Shown piece by piece: positions 56,966-64,000 of a stretch of DNA of 64,000 bases. The stretch's first letter is position 1; each line of letters starts with the position of its first letter. A program made the translations under genes and the position numbers. The stretch is from a virus, in IMG/VR virus record IMGVR_UViG_3300028786_000007, positions 36,524-100,523 of that record; one strand, written 5' to 3'. The notes under the pieces are model-generated. The model was not told where the DNA came from, searched no databases, and saw nothing but the letters and a program-made list of their open reading frames with translations.

Positions 56966-58519
56966 ATGGACACGCAATTAACGTACCCCTTCCGCACGGA
57001 GCCTTACGAATTGCAGCGCTCCGTGTGGGAGGCGACGCGCGACCGGCGCGATTACGCCATCTTTTGGGAGCAGGGCACTGGGAAAACCTGGCTCGCTATC
57101 AATACGGCTGCTTGGTTATACATGACCGGGCGCATTGACGCGGTGTTCGTGCTGGCCCCGACGGACATTCACGTCAATTGGGACGTGCCCGGCGAGGGCG
57201 TGCAGAAGCACCTACCGCTAGAGCTGCTCAAGAAGTCGGCGCGGCTGATCTGGCGCACGTCCAAGGCTGGTTCCAAAGGCTTCCAGAAAGACCTGGACAA
57301 GCTGATGAAGCATCAAGGCGGTATGCGTTGGCTGTTCATGGGCTTCGACGCCTTCGCCACCGATAAGGGCTTCGCCGCGGCGCAACGCTTCTTGACCACC
57401 TATCGGTGCCTGTGGGTCATGGACGAGGCCGGCCGCATCAAGAACCCGACCGCCGTGCGCACCAAGAAGGCGATGAAACTCCGCGCGCTCGCCGCCTTCC
57501 GCCGGCCGATGACGGGCACGCCGGTCACGGAGAAGCCGTTCGACGCCTATTCCGTCATCAATTGGATGAACGCTACCTATTGGAAGCAGAACGGCTTAGG
57601 TAATTTCCAAGCATTTAAGCACAATTTCGGGCTCTGGAAGAAGATTAAGGTCGCGATGGGCCGTGAAGTCGAAGTACAGCGCAAGGATCGTGATGGTCGA
57701 GTGCTGTATCAGAACCTCGATGAGCTTGCCAGGCTCTTGAAGCCTATTTCCTCACGCGTGTTGAAAGAGGACATGGTGGACCTTCCACCGAAAGTCTACA
57801 CGCGGATGTACTATGACATGACTCCGAAGCAGCGGGCGCACTATGACCGGCTGGAGAAAGAGTTCATGACCTTCTACGAGGAGAACTCCGCGCCCGACCC
57901 GGATAACCCCGACGGCCCGCGCATCCTGATGACCTCGGCGGACCTCGCCATCGTGCGCCAGTTGCGCCTCCAGCAGATCGCCCTGGGCTATTTGGTGTCC
58001 GACGACAGCAAGCAGGTGCACCTAATCGACGACGACCCGCCTAGCCTCAAGTTGCTGCGTGAGGTGGTTGAGGATTTATCGCACCCGGCGATCATCTGGT
58101 GCAGGTTCCGCAAGGACGTAGAGCTGATCTGCGGGCTGCTCGGCAACTCCGCCGTGCGCTATGACGGCACGGTCGACGCGGACGGCCGACGCGCGGCGAT
58201 GGTCGCCTTCCAGGGCGGGCACGTGCCCTATTTTGTAGCTACGCCGGACGCGGCCGGCGAAGGACTCACGCTCACCGCGGCCAAGACGGCCATTTACTAC
58301 AGCAACAGCTGGCGGCTTATTCATCGGGAGCAAAGCGAGGATCGCTGCCACCGTATTGGCCAGGGCGGCGTGGACCACGTGCAATATATCGACATCGTGG
58401 CCCGCAACTCCATCGCGGAGGACATCCTCGACGGCTTGATGTTCAAGCAGGAAACCGCCGCCGCGGCGATCGGAGACCGAATGCGCTCGCGGCTGAGCAG
58501 CTACATGACGAGGGAGTGA
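56966..58519 (+). CDS. SNF2-family helicase
   Basis: EQGTGKT, VMDEAG, MTGTP, GEGLTLT, QSEDRCHRIGQ. Confidence 0.9.
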   Translation: MDTQLTYPFRTEPYELQRSVWEATRDRRDYAIFWEQGTGKTWLAINTAAWLYMTGRIDAVFVLAPTDIHVNWDVPGEGVQKHLPLELLKKSARLIWRTSKAGSKGFQKDLDKLMKHQGGMRWLFMGFDAFATDKGFAAAQRFLTTYRCLWVMDEAGRIKNPTAVRTKKAMKLRALAAFRRPMTGTPVTEKPFDAYSVINWMNATYWKQNGLGNFQAFKHNFGLWKKIKVAMGREVEVQRKDRDGRVLYQNLDELARLLKPISSRVLKEDMVDLPPKVYTRMYYDMTPKQRAHYDRLEKEFMTFYEENSAPDPDNPDGPRILMTSADLAIVRQLRLQQIALGYLVSDDSKQVHLIDDDPPSLKLLREVVEDLSHPAIIWCRFRKDVELICGLLGNSAVRYDGTVDADGRRAAMVAFQGGHVPYFVATPDAAGEGLTLTAAKTAIYYSNSWRLIHREQSEDRCHRIGQGGVDHVQYIDIVARNSIAEDILDGLMFKQETAAAAIGDRMRSRLSSYMTRE

Positions 58520-58746
58520 TGGACGAGCTTGGGGTTAAGCGGCTTCTGCAACGGAAATTGACGGTTTCCGGGAAGAACGTCTGTCAATGGTGCGAAGAGC
58601 ACGGCGTGTTTCGGTCGCATGTTTATGAGTTTATGGCCGGCCGGCGCGGACCTTCCATGACGTTGATCCTCGCCCTGGGCTTGCGCAAAGTTGTTCGCTA
58701 CGAACCCCTTAATCAGAGCGTCAAAAAGCGGGTTGCAGTAGAGTAA
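58516..58746 (+). CDS. Cro-like HTH protein
   Basis: WCEEHGVFRSHVYEFMAGRRGPSMTLILALGL. Confidence 0.65.
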   Translation: MMDELGVKRLLQRKLTVSGKNVCQWCEEHGVFRSHVYEFMAGRRGPSMTLILALGLRKVVRYEPLNQSVKKRVAVE

Positions 58747-58852
58747 TTACAGTGAATTGTAACGAATTGGCCTAGTCCTTCCCCCCGTGGATTAGGTCTT
58801 TAGGCAGCGGCGAATCCGCATCTCGTCGCTGCCACCCCCTTTGGAGCTGAAG

Positions 58853-59194
58853 ATGGCTAAGCCGCGCCCCTATACCCAGGAAGAAGTCCGTGATCGGCTG
58901 CTCGACCACCTACGGGCCTTGGCGAAGTATTGGGCAGACTTACCCGACATAGACCCGCGCACCGGTGAGGTGTTGACTCATAAAAGCCGGTGCGACGGTC
59001 TCATCTTCTCCGTGCTTTCTACGCTAGACGGTTGTTCCTTTGAGTTGCCCGCTATGGCATTGGTGCTTCGCCCACATCCGGACGACGCCGTGTTTCAGCA
59101 CGAGAATGGAGATAATTGGTTCGAGCCGGGCATGGAAATAGACGACATGCTCCATGAGCTGTATTACCATCCCAAGGAGCCACAGGCCAAATGA
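58853..59194 (+). CDS. Hypothetical protein
   Basis: GGAG RBS; GLIFSVLSTLDG. Confidence 0.65.
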   Translation: MAKPRPYTQEEVRDRLLDHLRALAKYWADLPDIDPRTGEVLTHKSRCDGLIFSVLSTLDGCSFELPAMALVLRPHPDDAVFQHENGDNWFEPGMEIDDMLHELYYHPKEPQAK

Positions 59195-59913
59195 CCGAAG
59201 TCACTGATCCGCCAGCACAAACGGGCGCAACTCCCACGGTCCCACGCGACCCGGCCAAGCAGTTGCTACAGACCTCCCGCGCGCGGTGGTTGGAGGAGCT
59301 GGAGAAGTCCAAACCGCTTGATTTTTCAACGGCTTACATGGAAGCCAGCTGCTTTATGGTGCTGGCTACGCTGGAAAACGACATCCTGCGTAAACTGCGG
59401 CTAATGATCCGGGCGCAGTTCGCTTTTCAGGAGCTCGCCGAGCAGCTGGAAAGCTACGCCAAGGCCGTGAAGAGCATCAGCGAGGAGCTGGCCTGCAAGA
59501 AGCTCCCGGAAATCATGGATCAGGCGGAGCTGGATGAGTTTACCCTCGCGGGCGGCCGCAAGGTCTGCCTTGAGGAAAAGATCCACGCTTCCTTGAAGAA
59601 GGAGGACCGGGAGGAGGGTTGCGCGGAACTGGAAAAGCGCGGCTTCGCGACGCTGGTAAAACGGACAATCAGCGTTCCCTTTACCACAAGGCAGCATAAA
59701 TTAGCTGATAAAGTGGTGGGCGCGATCAAGCGCGCGTTGGGGCCGGGCATCACGGTGGAAATCGAGGATGAGAAGGCCGTGCACCACGCAACGCTTAGTA
59801 AGTGGGTCCGCGAGCAGCTTGCTGATGGGGAGGAATTCTCCACTGACGACATGAAGCTGTTCGGCGTACATCGTATGCGTAGAGCCGTAATTACGGATAA
59901 AAAGGGCGACTAA
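59191..59913 (+). CDS. Phage replication-region protein
   Basis: KLPEIM..FTLAGG..VHHATLSKWVRE; lies next to the SSB-like gene. Confidence 0.65.
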   Translation: MTEVTDPPAQTGATPTVPRDPAKQLLQTSRARWLEELEKSKPLDFSTAYMEASCFMVLATLENDILRKLRLMIRAQFAFQELAEQLESYAKAVKSISEELACKKLPEIMDQAELDEFTLAGGRKVCLEEKIHASLKKEDREEGCAELEKRGFATLVKRTISVPFTTRQHKLADKVVGAIKRALGPGITVEIEDEKAVHHATLSKWVREQLADGEEFSTDDMKLFGVHRMRRAVITDKKGD

Positions 59914-60773
59914 TGACATCAGGTAAGACGACCAACGCTCGCGGCGGCAAGTCCGTTGCTGTGGTGGAAGACGAAGCTAACCTTCCGGCCGTGGTTGACT
60001 ATGGCGGCTATGAAGGGGCGGGTTTCGAGGATATGGGGCGCGATGATTTCGCGACGCCATTCCTATCAGTGCTGCAGCCGACCTCCAAGATTCTCGTTGA
60101 GAACGACGAGATGCGGCCCGGCATGCTGCTCAATACCGTGACGCAGATCCCCTACCCGGCCGAGAAGGCCAAGAATCACCCCGGTATCGTCTTCATTCCC
60201 TGCTGGCGGCAGCACATCTTCGTCGAATGGAAGAAGCGCGATGAAGGCGGCAACGGCGGCGGCTTCGTCGCTCAGCACGAGCCCGGTTCCGCAATCGTGG
60301 AAGCGGCTAAGGCGAAATACGATTTCGGCGCGCTGGAGCACAACGGTAACGACCTGATCGAGACGTTCTACGTCTACGGTATCCACGTCATGCCCGACGG
60401 CACTTGGGAGCACCTGATCATCCCGTTCACGTCGACGAAGATTAAGCCGTACAAATATTGGATGACACGGCTGAATACGATCCAAGTTCCTGGCCCGAGT
60501 GGCAAGGCTGTCAAGCCGCCGATGTTTGCGCACCGCTTCCGGATGAACACGATCTTGGAGAAACGCGACGCCGGCCTGTCCTACAACTTCGTGATCGGCT
60601 TCGACGGCGACAACGCTCAGGCGTGCCGCATCGAGCCCGGCAGCGAGCTGTTCAACGAGGCCGCGGGCTTCTACCAGCTTTGCAAGGATGGCATTGCCAA
60701 GCCGAACTATGATGCGCCGGCCGCCCAAGAAGCGGGCGGGACCACGATCGACGGCGACGCGATCCCGTTCTAA
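59913..60773 (+). CDS. Putative single-stranded DNA-binding/recombination protein
   Basis: PFLSVLQPTS..PG; acidic C-terminal tip DGDAIPF like SSB. Confidence 0.6.
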   Translation: MTSGKTTNARGGKSVAVVEDEANLPAVVDYGGYEGAGFEDMGRDDFATPFLSVLQPTSKILVENDEMRPGMLLNTVTQIPYPAEKAKNHPGIVFIPCWRQHIFVEWKKRDEGGNGGGFVAQHEPGSAIVEAAKAKYDFGALEHNGNDLIETFYVYGIHVMPDGTWEHLIIPFTSTKIKPYKYWMTRLNTIQVPGPSGKAVKPPMFAHRFRMNTILEKRDAGLSYNFVIGFDGDNAQACRIEPGSELFNEAAGFYQLCKDGIAKPNYDAPAAQEAGGTTIDGDAIPF

Positions 60774-60865
60774 GCCTATAAGGCTACGGACCCAGAGACT
60801 GCGTAGCCTGTTAGGGGCGCTGCCTTCGACCGCGGGCAGCGCCCTTCAATTATTGGGAGGGCGTC

Positions 60866-61090
60866 TTGGGCCAGTTACCTGCGGTGGTGCGCCTTGACCA
60901 TTCACATTGTAAGCATCATTGGCAAATACCTCAGTGTCAGCATGTTCGTCTTGCGGACGCGAATAAGTCATTCCAGAAGCCGCAACGGTGTAAACTCAGT
61001 GCGTATTGGGATGTCAATGGAGCGCTCTTGTGTGAGCGTCATGCAGGCAATATTGCGCTAACGGCACTTTCTCGTAAGGAAGAAGTATGA
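60866..61090 (+). CDS. Small C3H zinc-binding protein
   Basis: GGAGG RBS; PQC..C..LCERHAG. Confidence 0.55.
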   Translation: MGQLPAVVRLDHSHCKHHWQIPQCQHVRLADANKSFQKPQRCKLSAYWDVNGALLCERHAGNIALTALSRKEEV

Positions 61091-61521
61091 AAACCTTCAA
61101 GACCACCGCTTGGCCGGTCATAACTTACATCGTGGAGATCCCGGAAGACGAGGCGCGGACGAAGATCTGTTGCGGCCCGCAAGGTTGCGGCGTGGTGCGG
61201 GAAACGCTAGAAATGAACGGCCGCTTTTGCCTGGGCTCAATGTGCATGGCCTGGCGGTGGGGATCGGACCTCATTGAACGGGGCGAGTCCATGTGGATCG
61301 TTGGGTTCTCTGCTCGTACGAATGAGGGCATAGTGGGGCAATTCTGCGATGAGCGTTATGACCCACCAGTGCCCGCTGAAAATTTCAAGCCTGCCGGTAA
61401 TGGTTGGGAACTTGGCCGTGGCCCAGATTCAAAGCTCGCATTCTGGCAACGTCCGGCCGGCCGCCGTGGCTATTGCGGGTGGGTAGGGCGCGATGAGCCC
61501 CATAAAGAGAAATCCAGATGA
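61087..61521 (+). CDS. Cys-rich hypothetical protein
   Basis: EARTKIC..CLGSMCMAWRW..GYCG. Confidence 0.6.
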   Translation: MKTFKTTAWPVITYIVEIPEDEARTKICCGPQGCGVVRETLEMNGRFCLGSMCMAWRWGSDLIERGESMWIVGFSARTNEGIVGQFCDERYDPPVPAENFKPAGNGWELGRGPDSKLAFWQRPAGRRGYCGWVGRDEPHKEKSR

Positions 61522-61709
61522 CCCACGGCCCCAACCTTTTCGAGAGGCCGCCGACCGCTCGGCAGATAGAAGTCGCACGTGTTGTAGAAGAATGCAACGG
61601 TGATCGCGCTGAGGCCGCCCGGCGACTAGGTCTTAAGACCAGTCAGGTTGGAATCGCCTATCGGCATTTTCTTATCAGGACCGGACGTATTGAGAGGGCG
61701 AAGAAATGA
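61518..61709 (+). CDS. Small HTH protein
   Basis: PTARQIEV..GDRAEAARRLGL. Confidence 0.6.
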   Translation: MTHGPNLFERPPTARQIEVARVVEECNGDRAEAARRLGLKTSQVGIAYRHFLIRTGRIERAKK

Positions 61710-62905
61710 AATGGTCTCCGCAACAGGACAAAGCCCTCGTCGACTTCAAGCAGTGGTATGAAGGCGTGGAAGACGATGTGTTCTACCTCTATGGCTATGC
61801 CGGCACCGGTAAGACCTCCATCGCGCTGCACCTCACCGAGGGCATTGACGGCAAGGTGATCTTCGCCGCGTTCACTGGTAAGGCGGCGTCCGTGATGCGC
61901 AAGCGCGGCTGTAGTGGCGCTCAGACCCTGCATTCGCTGCTCTATAATGTGAAAAAGGCCAGTCAGCAGCGCATCCTGGACTTGGAGAATGAGAGGGCAG
62001 AGCTGATGCAGGAAGCCGGGCCGGAGGGTATTGACCCGCGCGACCTCGCCCGCATCGAGCGCGACCTTAAGGAGGCGCGGCAGGCCAGCAATAAGCCCAA
62101 TTGGGAGCTCAACCCGTTCTCTGCGGCGCGCGACGCAGCGCTTATAGTGATCGACGAGTGCTCCATGGTCGACGCGCGGCTCGGCGCGGACCTGCGCAGC
62201 TTCGGAAAGCCCATCCTGGTGCTGGGCGACCCGGCGCAGCTGCCTCCGGTTAAGGGCGCGGGCTTCTTCAATGTTGATAAACCGCAGGTGATGCTCACCG
62301 AAGTGCATCGCCACGCCTTGGACAATCCGGTGCTGCACCTCGCCACCAAAGTGCGCAAGGGCGAGCGCTTGGAGCCCGGCAGCTACGGCGAAAGCCGCAT
62401 CGTCGCGCGCTCCGAGCTGCAAGGCGGCGAGACGCTTGACTACGATCAGATCTTGGTCGGCCGTAATGCGACGCGCCAATTGGCTAACCGCGCTATGCGG
62501 CAGCGGCTCGGCTATGCCGGCACCTACCCCATTGAGGGCGAGAAGCTCGTCTGCCTCAAGAACAGCCGGGAGGATGGCTTCTTGAATGGCACCATCTGGT
62601 ATGTCAACAGTTGCCATGGCGACGCTGATTCGGTTGAGCTGACAATCACTTCCGATGAGGGTACTGGCCCGGTAGAGACGCTCGCCTATAGCGAACCCTT
62701 CCGCTACGAGGACGCTCCGCGGTGGGGCGGCGGCGGACTGAACGAGTTCACCTATGGCTATGCGCTGACCACGCATAAGGCGCAGGGCTCAGAATGGGAG
62801 AAGGTTTACATCGTGGACGAGTCTAGCATAGCGCGGGGCGACGCCGGCCGATGGCTGTATACTGCCATCACCCGCGCCTCGGAGAAGCTATTACTGGTGA
62901 GGTGA
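61706..62905 (+). CDS. Dda/RecD-like SF1 helicase
   Basis: GYAGTGKT, AFTGKAA, IDECSMV, LGDPAQLPPV, THKAQGSEW, LYTAITRA. Confidence 0.92.
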   Translation: MKWSPQQDKALVDFKQWYEGVEDDVFYLYGYAGTGKTSIALHLTEGIDGKVIFAAFTGKAASVMRKRGCSGAQTLHSLLYNVKKASQQRILDLENERAELMQEAGPEGIDPRDLARIERDLKEARQASNKPNWELNPFSAARDAALIVIDECSMVDARLGADLRSFGKPILVLGDPAQLPPVKGAGFFNVDKPQVMLTEVHRHALDNPVLHLATKVRKGERLEPGSYGESRIVARSELQGGETLDYDQILVGRNATRQLANRAMRQRLGYAGTYPIEGEKLVCLKNSREDGFLNGTIWYVNSCHGDADSVELTITSDEGTGPVETLAYSEPFRYEDAPRWGGGGLNEFTYGYALTTHKAQGSEWEKVYIVDESSIARGDAGRWLYTAITRASEKLLLVR

Positions 62906-63171
62906 TGGAATTCCAACCGATTGCTGAATGGATGTATACTCATCATGGAGAAACCATACTTGGTTATCATGATGAGTGGAAAATACCCAGGCTTTGCACC
63001 AATTTTATCTTCAGTAGCGGCAAGTGTGGCTGGGTTCGGACCCCAAGCGGCCGTGGGTTGATGCGGCCGCAACCCTCTCATTTCATGGAAATAGGCAAGT
63101 TGCCGAATGGGCAAACCATCGATCAGGTTTTGAACAGCCGGTATACAATGTCGGTAAGGCAATGCCGTTAA
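62905..63171 (+). CDS. Hypothetical protein
   Basis: TGATG-coupled. Confidence 0.45.
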   Translation: MEFQPIAEWMYTHHGETILGYHDEWKIPRLCTNFIFSSGKCGWVRTPSGRGLMRPQPSHFMEIGKLPNGQTIDQVLNSRYTMSVRQCR

Positions 63172-63653
63172 TCGGTAACTATTTTTGCCAGAGTTGTGAG
63201 AAAACCTATCCTGACCACAACATGTACAGCGCTAGGTGCTGCTATGAGTGTCGGCGCATTAAGAACAATGCCTATATTCGAGCTTGGAAACAACGCAAGC
63301 GTGAAGAACGCTTGCGGCTTTATGGTTGGAAGCCGCGCATTTATGTGCGTTGGACCCCGGAAGAGCTAGAACGGCTCCGGGAAGCCTGTTCGCATAAGAT
63401 GACATATGCGCAAGCAGCAGTTCATGTGGGGCGTAGCGCGAATGCGTGCGCTAAAATGTCATCCAACTGGTTTCTCAAAGGTTTGTGGAGCGGTAAAATT
63501 CGTCGCCCACACATACCGCGGTGGACCCCGGAGCGCCTAGAGCCTCTCTACGCGGCCGTAAGGCAGTTCGGTCCACGCGGGGCCGCTCGCCACCTCAACC
63601 TTAGCCCTAACGCGGTAGCTGGAGCCCTGCACCGCTACCCACCACCAGGTTAG
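63162..63653 (+). CDS. Zn-finger plus GcrA-like HTH regulator
   Basis: CQSC..CYEC; WTPEELERL and WTPERLEPL..LSPNAVAGALHR. Confidence 0.6.
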   Translation: MPLIGNYFCQSCEKTYPDHNMYSARCCYECRRIKNNAYIRAWKQRKREERLRLYGWKPRIYVRWTPEELERLREACSHKMTYAQAAVHVGRSANACAKMSSNWFLKGLWSGKIRRPHIPRWTPERLEPLYAAVRQFGPRGAARHLNLSPNAVAGALHRYPPPG

Positions 63654-63655
63654 AC

Positions 63656-63684
63656 TTTACTTCTGCTGAAGTTGCATGTAGAGT
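63656..63684 (+). promoter_or_regulatory. Phage promoter, family TTTACTTCTGC (TTTACT-N17-TAGAGT)
   Basis: Fourth copy of the motif; upstream of an ORF with GAGG RBS. Confidence 0.7.
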
Positions 63685-63709
63685 ATGTGTGGCAATAGGA
63701 GAGGTTTCC

Positions 63710-63904
63710 ATGTCTGATATTTCCAATGTTGAGCAGGCTGTTATTAAAATCCATGACGACGTTATGGTTGTGTTTGGTGAATGTGAGGCTGAAATTAGCC
63801 GAGCTATTGAAGCTAAGGATCTTGCGAAGGCTGAGCAACTTCGTCATCAGCTTGAGGGTGTGGGGTTGGTCGTTGAAAAGCTTAATATTCGGCTTAATTG
63901 GTAG
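63710..63904 (+). CDS. Hypothetical protein
   Basis: AGGAGAGG RBS; follows the promoter. Confidence 0.6.
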   Translation: MSDISNVEQAVIKIHDDVMVVFGECEAEISRAIEAKDLAKAEQLRHQLEGVGLVVEKLNIRLNW

Positions 63905-63917
63905 GCTGGGGCCTTGT

Positions 63918-63945
63918 AGGGCGCGGTGGGTTAGCCCACCGCGCC
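63918..63945 (+). terminator. GC-rich hairpin
   Basis: GGGCGCGGTGGG/CCCACCGCGCCC stem; weak T-tail. Confidence 0.4.
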
Positions 63946-64000
63946 CCCAGGTTAAGCATTTACGCTCGCCGGGCGGGCACCTATATTGGTGTTTCCTTAC

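Larger units (their letters stand above)
1..64000. mobile_element. Tailed dsDNA bacteriophage/prophage genome segment (podovirus-like)
   Basis: Terminase, portal, scaffold, tail fibres, endolysin/holin, primase-helicase and dense small ORFs throughout; no host housekeeping genes seen. Confidence 0.95.

Noticed and set aside
61658-62776. 372-aa - strand ORF
   Set aside because: Antisense shadow of the Dda-like helicase
1-64000. CRISPR array or cas genes
   Set aside because: No regularly spaced repeat-spacer array or cas-like ORF seen

Overview
The whole 64 kb window looks like part of a tailed dsDNA phage or prophage genome. It is GC-rich and podovirus-like (P22-type portal, large ejection proteins, no tape measure seen). 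The host is probably an alphaproteobacterium, inferred weakly from a GcrA-like HTH and the style of the small genes. Layout: (1) 1-14.9 kb, + strand, virion/ejection genes: a 3050-aa polyvalent protein (metallopeptidase, two or three ART-like domains, a HipA/PI3K-fold kinase, a C-terminal R-STS-ExE ADP-ribosyltransferase), a lytic transglycosylase and two tail fibres. (2) 15-21.9 kb, - strand, accessory block: DUF932, SPFH protein, tRNA-Cys, a tRNA-like RNA. (3) 22-33.4 kb, + strand: HTH, RNA ligase, Nudix-wHTH, terminase, portal, scaffold, with no capsid gene following. (4) 33.4-53.5 kb, mostly - strand: accessory genes, a short tyrosine recombinase, a Mesh1-like HD hydrolase, a MazG-like protein, a VapE primase-helicase and a likely origin rich in CGGAAC repeats. 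(5) 54-64 kb, + strand: GH108 endolysin, holin, a structured RNA candidate, SNF2 and Dda-like helicases. A phage-specific promoter family (TTTACTTCTGC...TAnAnT) occurs four times. The strongest candidate for an undescribed system is the injected multi-enzyme host-takeover protein with its convergent small gene. It is accompanied by a set of translation, alarmone and ADP-ribose modifying genes and unusual tRNA-like and tmRNA-like RNAs. All family assignments come from reading motifs by eye; no database searches were run.
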